A stretch of 64,000 nucleotides of DNA from Rubripirellula sp. (GCA_965216875.1 OZ244207.1:4960001-5024000), one strand, 5' to 3'. Positions 39,389 to 49,241 are shown, counted from the first letter of the stretch. The notes: generated from the letters alone by a model not told the origin. Program-made: numbers and translations.

Positions 39389-40876
39389 ATGGACGCAGCA
39401 AACTCACCGCACATCGTGATCGTCGGCGCCGGTATGAGTGGGCTTTGCTTGGCGATTCAGTTGAAGCGTGCCGGCTTTCACAACATCACTCTGTTGGAAG
39501 CCTCCAGCGAAGTTGGCGGCACATGGAACAAGAACACGTACCCCAACGCGGGTTGCGACGTTCCTTCGTACCTCTATTCCTATTCGTTTGCGTCGAATCA
39601 TTGCTGGTCGATGAAGTACGCGCGCCAGCCCGAGATCCTTGACTATTTCCGGCAATGCGCCGAGCGATTCGATGTCCGGCGATCTATAAGATTCGAGACG
39701 ATGGTCGAATCGGCGACCTTTGATGAAGCGACGGGACGTTGGAAAGTACGGACCGATGCAGGCGACGAAATTGTGGCTGACGTCTTCGTGAGTGCCGTTG
39801 GCCAACTCAACCGTCCCGCGATTCCGTCGTTTCAATCGGCAGACGTGTTTGAGGGCGAAGCGTGGCACAGTGCCCAATGGAATCACGACTACGAGCTTGC
39901 AGGCAAGAACGTTGCCGTGGTCGGAAACGGTGCCAGCGCCATTCAATTCATGCCAATCATCGCCGAGCAATGCAAGAAAGTGGTGTTGTTTCAACGCACC
40001 GCAAGCTGGATCCATCCACTCCACAACTACCGTTACCCCAAGTGGGCGCAGCGATGTATGCGGTGGATACCCTTTGCGGCCAAATTACACCGACTCTCTA
40101 TCTTCCTGAGTTGCGAGTGGCGAATCGTTGCGTTCCGCGAAGGGAGCAAATTGAACAAGGAATACGCGCGTTGGTTGCGCCGCCAAATGCGAAGACGACT
40201 GCCCAATGAAGATTGGGAAAAACTGATTCCCACCTATGCACCAGGGTGCAAACGCATCCTCTTGTCGAGCGACTACCTCGAAACACTTTCTCGCGACGAT
40301 GTCGAAGTCGTCCTCGATCCGATTACCGGTTTCACCAAAGACCAGATTGTGACCGGTGAATCGAGTTACGATGTCGATGCGGTGATCTACGCAACAGGAT
40401 TTCGCGCGACCGAATTCTTGCAACCCATGACCATCCGCGGCCGCGGCGGCAAAACACTCGAGCAAGAATGGAAAGCCCGGCCCAAGGCATACCTCGGTCT
40501 TGCTGTGCCGGAGTTCCCGAACCTGTTCATGTTGTACGGTCCCAACACGAACCTCGGGCACAACTCGATCATCTATATGGTCGAGCAACAAGTCAACTTC
40601 ATCATCAAGTGCCTCAAACGCATGCGAAACCGATCGGCCAACACGATCGAAGTTCGCCGCGAAGCACTTGATCAATACGATGCTCAGGTGCAGTCGGAAC
40701 TTGCCTCATCGGTTTGGGCCGGCGACTGCACGAACTGGTACAAGTCAGCCGATGGAACGATCCCCAATAACTGGTGGGGATCGGCGATGGCCTATCGCCG
40801 CCGACTCAAGCGTCCTCGGTTCGATAACTTCAAGTTTGGAACAGCAAAGGACGCTGCCGCCAGCGGCGAGGGTTAG
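39389..40876 (+). CDS. Baeyer-Villiger-type flavin monooxygenase
   Basis: GAGMSG; GGTW...YP; FEGEAWHSAQW (FxGxxxHxxxW); GNGASA; ATGF. Confidence 0.92.
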   Translation: MDAANSPHIVIVGAGMSGLCLAIQLKRAGFHNITLLEASSEVGGTWNKNTYPNAGCDVPSYLYSYSFASNHCWSMKYARQPEILDYFRQCAERFDVRRSIRFETMVESATFDEATGRWKVRTDAGDEIVADVFVSAVGQLNRPAIPSFQSADVFEGEAWHSAQWNHDYELAGKNVAVVGNGASAIQFMPIIAEQCKKVVLFQRTASWIHPLHNYRYPKWAQRCMRWIPFAAKLHRLSIFLSCEWRIVAFREGSKLNKEYARWLRRQMRRRLPNEDWEKLIPTYAPGCKRILLSSDYLETLSRDDVEVVLDPITGFTKDQIVTGESSYDVDAVIYATGFRATEFLQPMTIRGRGGKTLEQEWKARPKAYLGLAVPEFPNLFMLYGPNTNLGHNSIIYMVEQQVNFIIKCLKRMRNRSANTIEVRREALDQYDAQVQSELASSVWAGDCTNWYKSADGTIPNNWWGSAMAYRRRLKRPRFDNFKFGTAKDAAASGEG

Positions 40877-40900
40877 GGCAGTAGGAACCTTATCGGCGAG

Positions 40901-42766
40901 TCACTTGATCTCAACCGTCTGGCGAAGCTGAGCTGGGGGCAAACAAAAGGTGTCACGACACACTTCGTAGTCGACCAAGACACGCAACCTCGTTGTCGCG
41001 GCAACGTCATCAACCCGGACTTTCCGACTGAATTGCGCGATCGCTTGGTAGATCTTTTCTTGTGGATTTTGCCTCGAAGGCTGGCCCTTTGAACGGGTCC
41101 ACTTTCCCAGCGGTGCGACACCGCCTGGCAAGTCGAACTTCAGTCGCACTGGAACATGGGCGCCGCCTTCAGGAACTTCCGAGTAAAGGTGCCATCCCGG
41201 TTTGATGGAGATCGTCACCTTCACGTCGTAGACGCCCGGCTGATCCTCAACCGGATCGGCGACCGTCACCATGCTTAACTGGTCCGTCGAAACCTTGTCG
41301 TCAGTCTCGAAGGTGTCCACCTTTTCTTCAGGCTTGACGTCTTTCTCAGGCTTTGCGTCCGGTGATTCTGCCGCTGAGCCCGCGGACGAAACCGCGTGCT
41401 TGGGCGCATCTGGATTCCGTCGGAAGTACCAAACTTGACTGATACGAGATTCCTTTTCGATGAACTCTTTGTTCCGCTCGCTCAGCTTTTCGAACCTACC
41501 TTGAAATGGCTTCATCGCCTCTTCGAAGGCCTCTTGATCGTAGTCCCCGGCCTCAAACTTCTTGGCAAACTCTTTTTGTACCGCTTGGCTTTCCGCCGTC
41601 AGGGCTTCAATCGCCTGCCGCACTTCTTCCTGGGCGACTTTTTCTTCGTCGGTCATCTCGCGCAGGTGATAGACGTCTGAGTAGTCGCCAACGATCAAGT
41701 CGAGCCAACCATCGTTGTCATAGTCAACAACGCAGATCTGGCTTCGAACGCCCAGTGCCGCTTCGTCGTCCTTGCCAAGGTATTGCATCTTGAACTTTGA
41801 TTCCGAACCAGCTGCGATCAGTGGTCGGTACGCTTCGAACTTTGGCTCACCTGTTGAACCTTGCGTCACGTTGCGATACCAGCCAACTGCGCCGTCACCC
41901 GAACCGACGACCAAGTCCCATTTGCCGTCGTTGTCCCAATCAGCAGCAACGGGCGCAGCGTGCATGTTGACGTGCAAGGGTTCCTCACCAACGTTCACTT
42001 GGATCGCGTCGACCGAGTACTTCGGTGTTTCGCGCGTGCCGATGTTCGTGCGCAAAAACAAGTCGCCCGAGAACGAACCTATCAAAACGTCGAGATCGCC
42101 GTCGCCATCCCAATCGACGGTCGTCGGCCAGCTTCCAAAGGTCGCGACTCGCAACGTGATTGAATCGGTATCACCAGAGTTCTGCTTCTCTTCGTCAAGC
42201 TCATTCCACTTGGCAAGCTCGACCGGATGGTGGACCAGTTCGATTCCTGACTCGTCACGAATCTTTTCGACTTCGGCATACTTGCCATCACCCAAACCGC
42301 GAAACAGATAGATGTCGCCGGGGTCGTACGAACCGCTGATCATGTCGAGCGTGCCGTCGTTGTCGTAGTCCACAAACTGTGGACTTGACGCGATGCATCA
42401 GTAAACCGGTGTCTTGGCATCGACACCACCTGCTTGAAGTTTGCCTTTGGACGTGTACTCAGGCTTTTCGTCGTTGGCCGTGTTTTCGAAGAACCAAAAG
42501 AAGCCTGGAAAATCCCCCACCAACAGATCGCGGTCACCATCACCATCGACGTCCGCCACGCAGGGTCCAGCGTGAGCAATGTTTGACAATTGACCGATGT
42601 CGATCGGCTTGCCGTCCGCTTGGATGCGAACTCCTTTGTCTAGATCGCCGACCACTCGATCTTTCGTCAAGTCCTGCTCGCCGGCGATCGCCGTTGGAAG
42701 CGCCAGCAGCCCCATCAACAGCGTGCATGAACCACGCCCCACCTTCCTCAATAACCGACAACACAT
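40901..42766 (-). CDS. Exported FG-GAP/VCBS repeat protein with C-terminal DsbD-N-like domain; in-frame TGA (42398-42400) in a U-C motif, candidate selenoprotein of 621 aa
   Basis: ORFs 42398-42766 and 40901-42373 are in one frame: KTPVY-TGA-CIASSPQFVDYDNDG; DxDGDGDxDL repeats on both sides; YEVCRDTFCLPP. Confidence 0.8.
42367..42385 (-). promoter_or_regulatory. Putative SECIS hairpin
   Basis: AGUCCACA-GUU-UGUGGACU, perfect 8-bp stem 12 nt after UGA. Confidence 0.75.
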
Positions 42767-42854
42767 TTAGGTCATCTCCCACGTGCGTGTTGCAAGAAAC
42801 GGAATTCCCACCAGAAGAAATTGTACCGGGCGCACGGCCAGCACGCTCGAATCG

Positions 42855-43757
42855 CTAGGAGCGACCCACTCCGATCTCGAGTACGCGGTTTTCGGAGGCC
42901 GAGGTCTCGATCAGCGCGGCGACTTGGGTCGCCAAATGGACATCGCCCCAGGTGATGGGGAAGGGTGTTCCGGCGAGGATTGCTTTGGCAAATTCGTGCA
43001 AAAGAGAATCCTCGGCATGCTCATCGTCGCCATTCGATGCGGCGAGCTCAGGTCCCGTCTTGCCCGGAACGTTTTGCCCCTGAACCTTTTGACCCTGTCC
43101 TTTTTCATCAAAGAGTTGGAAACGACGTTGGCTATCGACTTGAGCCGTAGCCTGAGTGCCCACCAGCGTGAGCGAATTGCATGCTTCGCCCGGAAACTTT
43201 GTGCAGGTGTCGATCAATGCCGTCGCCCCCGATGCAAAATCGAGATGTGCCTGAGCCAACCCATCTCGCAAAACGCCATAGACGCTCGAGGGTACAGAGC
43301 CGATCAACCACATCACCAAATCGAGTTGCTCAGCCAACCCTTGTTTCGGAGATTGTTGAGTGTTCGCCCATGCGTGAATCCGGATCAAGCGAGGTTCGCC
43401 GAGCTCGCCCATAAGGAGTGCCTTTTTGAGCTGAACCATCGCCGGCTCAAACCGCAACATCATCGCCGGCATCGAACGACCACTCGAGCCCATCACGGAG
43501 ATCATGTCTGGCTCAACCAGAAAGGGATCGATTGTCAATTGATGCCCGCCTCGTTGAATCATTCCCAAGTGTTCCAGCGGCGATTCCGTGACAACCGCTC
43601 GAGCCGAATCGAGATCGGTCTGAGCAGCGATCAAGCGATTCGTTGCCGCGGCCTTTTGGAGTCGTTCGCCACGATCATCTTGAACGCCAACCCAGATCGC
43701 AACTTGGCGAGTTGGATTCGAAGCGTGTTGCATTTCCCTGGGATCCATCTCGCTCAA
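42855..43757 (-). CDS. Gfo/Idh/MocA-like oxidoreductase (divergent)
   Basis: LRFEP...K..L..GELGEP and LDLVMWLIG motifs; Rossmann part appears degenerate. Confidence 0.5.
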   Translation of the reverse strand: MSEMDPREMQHASNPTRQVAIWVGVQDDRGERLQKAAATNRLIAAQTDLDSARAVVTESPLEHLGMIQRGGHQLTIDPFLVEPDMISVMGSSGRSMPAMMLRFEPAMVQLKKALLMGELGEPRLIRIHAWANTQQSPKQGLAEQLDLVMWLIGSVPSSVYGVLRDGLAQAHLDFASGATALIDTCTKFPGEACNSLTLVGTQATAQVDSQRRFQLFDEKGQGQKVQGQNVPGKTGPELAASNGDDEHAEDSLLHEFAKAILAGTPFPITWGDVHLATQVAALIETSASENRVLEIGVGRS

Positions 43758-43806
43758 TGGTGCTCGCGAAAAGTGAAGGCGACCGCTTGATGAATGCGGC
43801 GGGAGC

Positions 43807-46200
43807 TTATCTTACTTCAAGGTAGGGATTGATGGTTTGCGCCTTTTCGACGCCCTTGGACGTGACCTGATACCGCCCCACTTGGATGGAAACATAGCGC
43901 AGGCTCGCACACTTCGCGAGCTCGAACAAACCTTCGTCCGTGACGTTGGGCGATTCGATAATGAGGGTCTCAAGTTTTGGGGATTGGCCGAGGTGCTTGA
44001 GCCCTTCGTCACTCACCGCCACTTTGCCCAGGTAGAGTGAGGTCAGCGAGGGAATCCTGGACAAATGCAAACACGCTTGATCACCGAGTGATGGCGTATT
44101 GCGTATTTTGAGTTCTTTGAGTTCGGGCAGTTTCTGCAGGTGGATGAGGTATCGCCCCTTGATCGCTTCGGAGATCAACTCCACTTCTTTCAGCTCGGGG
44201 CAATGGGCCAGGTAAGGCAACCCCGAGCCGGTCATCAATTCCGATTGAAAATTGAGTCGCTGTAAATTCGGCAAGGCTTCAAACGCTTGCATGCCGTGAT
44301 CCGTAATCGTTGACTTTCGTGTCAGCAGGTACTCGAGTTGTGGGAACTGATTCAGTTTTTGAAATTGTCGATCGTCAAGTGACGCTGAGACAGATTCGAA
44401 TGCCGTGACATTCGGCAGCGGCTCATCAAGTTTCCAGATCGGAGCGTGGGCGACCTTGCCACGAACGGAGATGCTTTTCAACTTGGTGAGTGCTTGCAGA
44501 GGCGTCAGGTCCAAGGTGCGCTGAATCGCTTCAATCTGAACGGTTTCCAGTTGAGGCATCGACAGCATGTCGGTGATCGACCCTTGCCCCGAAAAGGGCG
44601 TTTGCCAGCGAGTGTCATTGTCAAACAGGCTGCCATGACCGTTGACGCGCATCGAAACGCCGGGATAGCGAGCCTGCAGTTGGGCAAGACCACCGCGAGT
44701 CACGGGGCAGGGCGTGATGACCAAACGCCTGAAACCCGCCGGCAACTTGAGGCCAACAAGCTCATCATCAGACAATTTCGGATCATCGACAATGAGCTCT
44801 TTCAATCCGCTCAACTCTGCAATGCGACCAAGCTGATGCGGTGCGATACGTTCGAGCCACAAGCCTTCGATTCCGCGGAGCGCGGCGACTTCGTCCAAAT
44901 CCCACGACACCTTTCCTGACGATTCAAGCTCAGGCATCACCGACGGTGGACCAGCGGTGTGCAGGTCGTACATTCGACCACGCGTGCCCAACGGTGTGAG
45001 ATGAAGGTCCGCGATCTGACCTGGCCAATGAAGCACGGGTCTGAGTCGATTGGAAAAAAACGGTCGAAGGAAAAGAAGGGGCACGACGGACAAGTTCCGA
45101 AGCTTGGCAGCTTCGATCGCCTGGGCTTGAGTTGGCGACAACTCGGTGCGAATCGTCAACTCCAAGTCAGGACGTGCCTTCGCCAAACGCTCAATCGCCT
45201 CTTTGCTAAACCGACCCGATAGCTCAACGCGTCTTAGCGGCTGCTTTGCATTGCCCACAACTTCGAGCGAGCGATCCGTCAAATTACCACTTAGCGTGAT
45301 CGATTCGATCGAGTTCATTTGCGTCAGCGACTGCGTCGCTTGATCCGAAATTCCCGAACCAATCAGATTGACCTCTTGTAACTTTCGACATCGGGCAATG
45401 CTTTCAGCGTCCTCATCACTCGCGCCAACAAATCGCGAAGCAAACAACTCGAGGTTTGGTAGAGTCGGCAGCACATCCACGAGACGCGAGGGCAAGTCGT
45501 CGGCATAGGTCAACTTTGAAACCGGACATCCATCCAGACGATGAAACTGGTCGTAGTACACGCCGGACCGAGACAAGTCGAGCTGTTGGAGGTTGGGGAG
45601 TTTCGAAACGTCACCTAGCCCCGGACCGAGCACCCCCGAACCGAGCGTCAATTCACGCAGCGAAGGTATCTTCAACAGGTGTGCAAGTCCGGCATCCGAA
45701 ACACCTGTCTCATGAATATCCAATGCCACCAGTTGTTTGCAGTTGGCAAGCGGAACGAGCCCATCGTCGGTAAGGTGCGTTCGCCAAAGTGATAAGCGTT
45801 CAAGTTGTTCCAAACGAGCGATGTACTTCATCCCCTCGTCGCCAAGATGGGAACGATTGAAGTAGGCGCGTTTCAAGTTTGACAGGTGAGTGATCGGCGC
45901 AATCGAATCGTCATTGAGCATTGGCGATCCGGCGCGAATCTGAACGGCCAAGACGAATCGCTCGGGATCGAGCTTGGCAATCCAACTTGGTCGGACGCCG
46001 ATCGTTTGAATCTCGGCACCCTTTTCGGCCAGCTGTAGACTCGCCTCATGCTGGCGATAGTAGAAGACGTAGAAGTGAAGCCAGACCGCCAGCAGGATGG
46101 CTAGAAAGGTAACCATCACCAGCAGCGTACGTAGCCGCCAGCGCAGCCCCCACTTTTTCGAGTTTGCCTTGATGTCGTGCCCCGGCACCTGCTCACTCAC
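43807..46200 (-). CDS. Membrane-anchored leucine-rich repeat protein
   Basis: WRLRTLLVMV N-terminal TM; many LxxLxL..T.VSD.GL repeats. Confidence 0.85.
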   Translation of the reverse strand: MSEQVPGHDIKANSKKWGLRWRLRTLLVMVTFLAILLAVWLHFYVFYYRQHEASLQLAEKGAEIQTIGVRPSWIAKLDPERFVLAVQIRAGSPMLNDDSIAPITHLSNLKRAYFNRSHLGDEGMKYIARLEQLERLSLWRTHLTDDGLVPLANCKQLVALDIHETGVSDAGLAHLLKIPSLRELTLGSGVLGPGLGDVSKLPNLQQLDLSRSGVYYDQFHRLDGCPVSKLTYADDLPSRLVDVLPTLPNLELFASRFVGASDEDAESIARCRKLQEVNLIGSGISDQATQSLTQMNSIESITLSGNLTDRSLEVVGNAKQPLRRVELSGRFSKEAIERLAKARPDLELTIRTELSPTQAQAIEAAKLRNLSVVPLLFLRPFFSNRLRPVLHWPGQIADLHLTPLGTRGRMYDLHTAGPPSVMPELESSGKVSWDLDEVAALRGIEGLWLERIAPHQLGRIAELSGLKELIVDDPKLSDDELVGLKLPAGFRRLVITPCPVTRGGLAQLQARYPGVSMRVNGHGSLFDNDTRWQTPFSGQGSITDMLSMPQLETVQIEAIQRTLDLTPLQALTKLKSISVRGKVAHAPIWKLDEPLPNVTAFESVSASLDDRQFQKLNQFPQLEYLLTRKSTITDHGMQAFEALPNLQRLNFQSELMTGSGLPYLAHCPELKEVELISEAIKGRYLIHLQKLPELKELKIRNTPSLGDQACLHLSRIPSLTSLYLGKVAVSDEGLKHLGQSPKLETLIIESPNVTDEGLFELAKCASLRYVSIQVGRYQVTSKGVEKAQTINPYLEVR

Positions 46201-46583
46201 GTTGTCTGTTCATCCCTCGATGCGAGATCGCGCATCAATCACACCACCTTTATACTCCGGCGAGAACGACGATGCGCTGTCACTACCTTCGGCCAGACAG
46301 CGGGGCCTCGCCCATGTCCCCAGCCGGTCAACGTCCCGACGGGGTCACCCGTCCCTGACTTTGAAATGCCGTCCGATGCCGCAAATCAGTGGCGGAAGGA
46401 CTGCCAAACAGGCGATTTGTCATTGAAGTGACGGCTGTCCCGTTCGGCCGCCGACCGCGGGTGAAGTGTAAGCTCGTCCACGTGATGAGGCTATTTCACC
46501 TACGCAATGGGTGGTCGCCGGGCTAACCTGTCACCAGTCAACGTTAGTTATCCTTCCTCTTAACACGCGAGGAGTTTCATTCA

Positions 46584-46946
46584 ATGAAACGATCGTCTTT
46601 ACTGCTGCCCATCGCGATGCTGGTCGCGATCGGCTGTTCGGCCGAACCTGAGGCAACGGTTGATTCCAATGCCACAGAGTCGACCCAAACCGTACAAACT
46701 CCAGCTGGAACCGATTCCGAGGCTGTCACCTTTGTCAGTCTCAAAGTTCCCAACATGGTCTGAGGAGGCTGTGCCGCTTCGGTCCGAAGCGATCTGTCCA
46801 AAATCGCAGGTGTCAGCGATATCAAAACCGACATCCCCAACAAGACCTGTTCGTTCAAGATCTCTGATCCTAACGTTGACTACGAGGCGGAACTGAAGAA
46901 GTACGCCGAAACGAACACGCACTTGGCTGAATACACCATTCAGTAG
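46584..46946 (+). CDS. Lipoprotein with HMA domain, MxUxxC motif (TGA at 46761-46763), candidate selenoprotein of 120 aa
   Basis: GAGGAG RBS; lipobox VAIGC; LKVPNMV-TGA-GGCAASVRSDLSKIAGVSDIKTD; TAG stop followed by a terminator; absent from the ORF track. Confidence 0.85.
46775..46791 (+). promoter_or_regulatory. Putative SECIS hairpin
   Basis: CGCUUCG-GUC-CGAAGCG, perfect 7-bp stem 11 nt after UGA. Confidence 0.75.
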
Positions 46947-46970
46947 TCCATCCAACCGAATTGCGAAGTG

Positions 46971-47006
46971 AAACGGGCCCGTGAAACTCTCACGGGCCCG
47001 TTTTTT
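46971..47006 (+). terminator. Rho-independent terminator
   Basis: aaacgggcccgtga-aactc-tcacgggcccgtttttt. Confidence 0.88.
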
Positions 47007-47136
47007 ATTGATCGAAAAGAAAACGGAGATTTCTTTCCCCGCGGTGTAATCCTGGAGGCCGTTGTGCCCTTTGTCTAATGTCAACACGAGACAAACGAAC
47101 AAAACACAAGGCAAACCAACTCAAGGAGCCAGGACA

Positions 47137-47559
47137 ATGAAAACCTCATGGAAGTCAATCGTAGCAGCAGGAACGGTCGTCGCCGCTTTGGGACTTTGCG
47201 TTCCGCAAACGGCAAGTGCACAGGGCACCGTGTACGTTTCGACCCCAACCGTCGTCAACGCAACTGTGGGCTACACCGTCGAACAACGCGGATTGCTCGG
47301 ACGACGAACGGTTGTCCGCCCCGTGGTCGCCCCAGTGGTGACAAACACCGTGGTCGCCCGACCTGTCATCACAACGCCTGTGGTGACAACCCCCGTGGTC
47401 CCAGCACCTGTCGTTCAAACCCGCGTGGTCACGCCAGTCGTCACTCCACCAGCACCTGTCACGGTGGCTCGCCCTGTTTACACCGCAGCCCCCACAACCG
47501 TCGTGCAACCCGTCGCTCCGGTGACCTACTACACGCCCCCTGTGCTGACGGCATGGTGA
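47137..47559 (+). CDS. Exported Pro/Val/Thr-rich low-complexity protein
   Basis: AAGGAG RBS region; signal peptide ASA|Q; paralog at 52783. Confidence 0.7.
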   Translation: MKTSWKSIVAAGTVVAALGLCVPQTASAQGTVYVSTPTVVNATVGYTVEQRGLLGRRTVVRPVVAPVVTNTVVARPVITTPVVTTPVVPAPVVQTRVVTPVVTPPAPVTVARPVYTAAPTTVVQPVAPVTYYTPPVLTAW

Positions 47560-47580
47560 AAACACGCTGAAAAGCGCAAC

Positions 47581-47619
47581 AAAAAACCTCGGCTTCCTTA
47601 AGGAATCCGAGGTTTTTTT
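47581..47619. terminator. Bidirectional terminator
   Basis: aaaaaacctcgg...ccgaggtttttt between convergent genes. Confidence 0.85.
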
Positions 47620-47650
47620 ATTGTTCTCTAGTTTGCGTGCGAGCCGCTCA

Positions 47651-48004
47651 TTAGCGAACGATGGTGCGACCAAACTTGGTGATCACGACTTCGACGCTGT
47701 GGTCGCAGCCTGGGAACTTGTAGGTCAGGACCTTGCGACCGAAGAAACCAGATCGGCATCCGCAGTACACAGGAGGAACTTCTGCACAGCAGGCTGGCAC
47801 GCATGCCGACACTTCATAGGTGCAGCATGGGTTGCATGGATCTGCAACGCACCATGAAACCTTCACCGGTGGTGGAGGGCATGGGGTGCAGCAAACAGGT
47901 GCTGGCTTGCAGCATGGATCAAGGCAACCAGCGTCGGCCGGCGCTGCCATTGCAACCAAAGCGGCTACCATGCACCCGGCGATCAAACCACGTAAACGAA
48001 ACAT
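47651..48004 (-). CDS. Small exported Cys/Pro-rich protein
   Basis: Signal peptide ADA|G; CC/CP-rich mature region. Confidence 0.7.
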   Translation of the reverse strand: MFRLRGLIAGCMVAALVAMAAPADAGCLDPCCKPAPVCCTPCPPPPVKVSWCVADPCNPCCTYEVSACVPACCAEVPPVYCGCRSGFFGRKVLTYKFPGCDHSVEVVITKFGRTIVR

Positions 48005-48230
48005 CTCTTCTCTCTCTTGTTGAAGTTCGTGGGAAATCGAGGCGTTTCCCTAGTCTTGTTGTTCAACGCAAACTGAGCAAGCGACAAGGTTGCCCCTGTC
48101 CTCGCATTCAACGCAGGCGTGCCAGTATAGCCGATGTAATCAGATCAACCACGCCCCCTCGAGTGTGTCGTCTGCGTGGTCGCGCAATCGGGTGGTGCGC
48201 AATGACGCTCCCCAATCCTGCCCGCCGCCC

Positions 48231-48295
48231 GTTTGCTGTACCGAGCTTTCGCCGGAATCTTCATGCTCTTCCGCCCAAAAGGCGGGACGACAAAC
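48231..48295. repeat. Degenerate family-1 REP doublet
   Basis: gtaccgagctttcgccggaa...ttccgcccaaaaggcgggacgac. Confidence 0.65.
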
Positions 48296-48376
48296 TGAGC
48301 AAGTCGCCGAAACCTCGCTAAAATGTGAGTCACGAGCTCGTTTTCGCCGCAAACCCGTACATTCTTCGCCCCATCA

Positions 48377-48964
48377 ATGACCAACGAAACGCAACTCAGC
48401 CTCCTCGGACGGGTCCAGCAAACGCAGGTCGGCAACTCCTGGCTCGAGTTTTCCGACATGTACGACCGTATGATCCAGGGCTGGCTCTTTCGACAGGGCG
48501 TTCAGGCCCAGGATGCGGATGATATTCGCCAGGAGGTGATGACCATCGTCCTGCGTGAAATCGGCAAGTTCGAGCACAATGGGCGGACAGGGGCCTTTCG
48601 GGCTTGGCTCAAGGCGATCACGAGCAATTGCCTGCGTGACTTTTGGCGGCGCAGCAAACGGCGAGCGGCCTCTGGAAGCCCCGATTTGGCCGAAATGGCT
48701 GCCCAGCTCGAGGACGAAAGCAGTCGTCAGAGCATGATGTGGAACGCCGAGCACGACCGATATGTAATCGACCATCTGCTCGAAAAGATCGGCGAGCGAC
48801 TCTCGCCCAAGAGCGTCAGCGTGTTTCGCCGGATCGTGATCGACCAGGAAGAGGCCGAGTCGGTCGCCGAAGACCTGGGCATGACCCTAGGAGCCGCCCG
48901 AGTTGCCCAACATCGCGTCCTGAAGGCTCTCAAAGAGTCGGGAATGGGTCTGGTCGATTGTTGA
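48377..48964 (+). CDS. ECF RNA polymerase sigma factor
   Basis: DADDIRQEV and FRAWLKAI (region 2); VAEDLGMTLGAARVAQHRV (region 4). Confidence 0.9.
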   Translation: MTNETQLSLLGRVQQTQVGNSWLEFSDMYDRMIQGWLFRQGVQAQDADDIRQEVMTIVLREIGKFEHNGRTGAFRAWLKAITSNCLRDFWRRSKRRAASGSPDLAEMAAQLEDESSRQSMMWNAEHDRYVIDHLLEKIGERLSPKSVSVFRRIVIDQEEAESVAEDLGMTLGAARVAQHRVLKALKESGMGLVDC

Positions 48965-48970
48965 TCCGCC

Positions 48971-49193
48971 CATCAGCCAAAACGCAATGGCGTGCAGTTC
49001 TTCCGGCATCGGTCGCGCAGGAACCGCGAGCTATCGCTCTGCGGCTGATGCCTTGTTGATTTCACTCATCAGCCGCAACGCGATAGCGTGCGGTTCGCAT
49101 GGCATTGATTTGCGCAGGAACAGCGAGCTATCGCTCTGCGTCTGATGCCTCGTTGATTTCACTCATCAGCCGCAACGCGATAGCGTGCGGTTC
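48971..49193. repeat. Array of five alternating-orientation 30-bp repeats, 97-bp period
   Basis: catcagccgcaacgcgatagcgtgcggttc and its near reverse complement. Confidence 0.85.
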
Positions 49194-49212
49194 CCATACC
49201 ATCGGCGCGCAC

Positions 49213-49241
49213 AAAAAAACGCGGCCGATTGGCCGCGTTTT
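49213..49241. terminator. Rho-independent terminator
   Basis: aaaaaaacgcggcc-gatt-ggccgcgtttt. Confidence 0.75.

Noticed and set aside
42398..42766. Separate small gene or nonsense pseudogene
   Set aside because: In-frame continuation, the adjacent Cys and a SECIS-like hairpin fit recoding better; a pseudogene is not fully excluded
46577..47114. Minus-strand ORFs 46577-46858 and 46599-47114 and plus-strand ORF 46660-46896
   Set aside because: They are shadows of the TGA-containing HMA lipoprotein, which has the RBS, lipobox and terminator
48959..48964. Cys-TGA at the end of the ECF sigma factor as a fourth Sec site
   Set aside because: The sigma domain is already complete, the downstream sequence is a repeat array, and there is no GU-loop hairpin at the expected spacing
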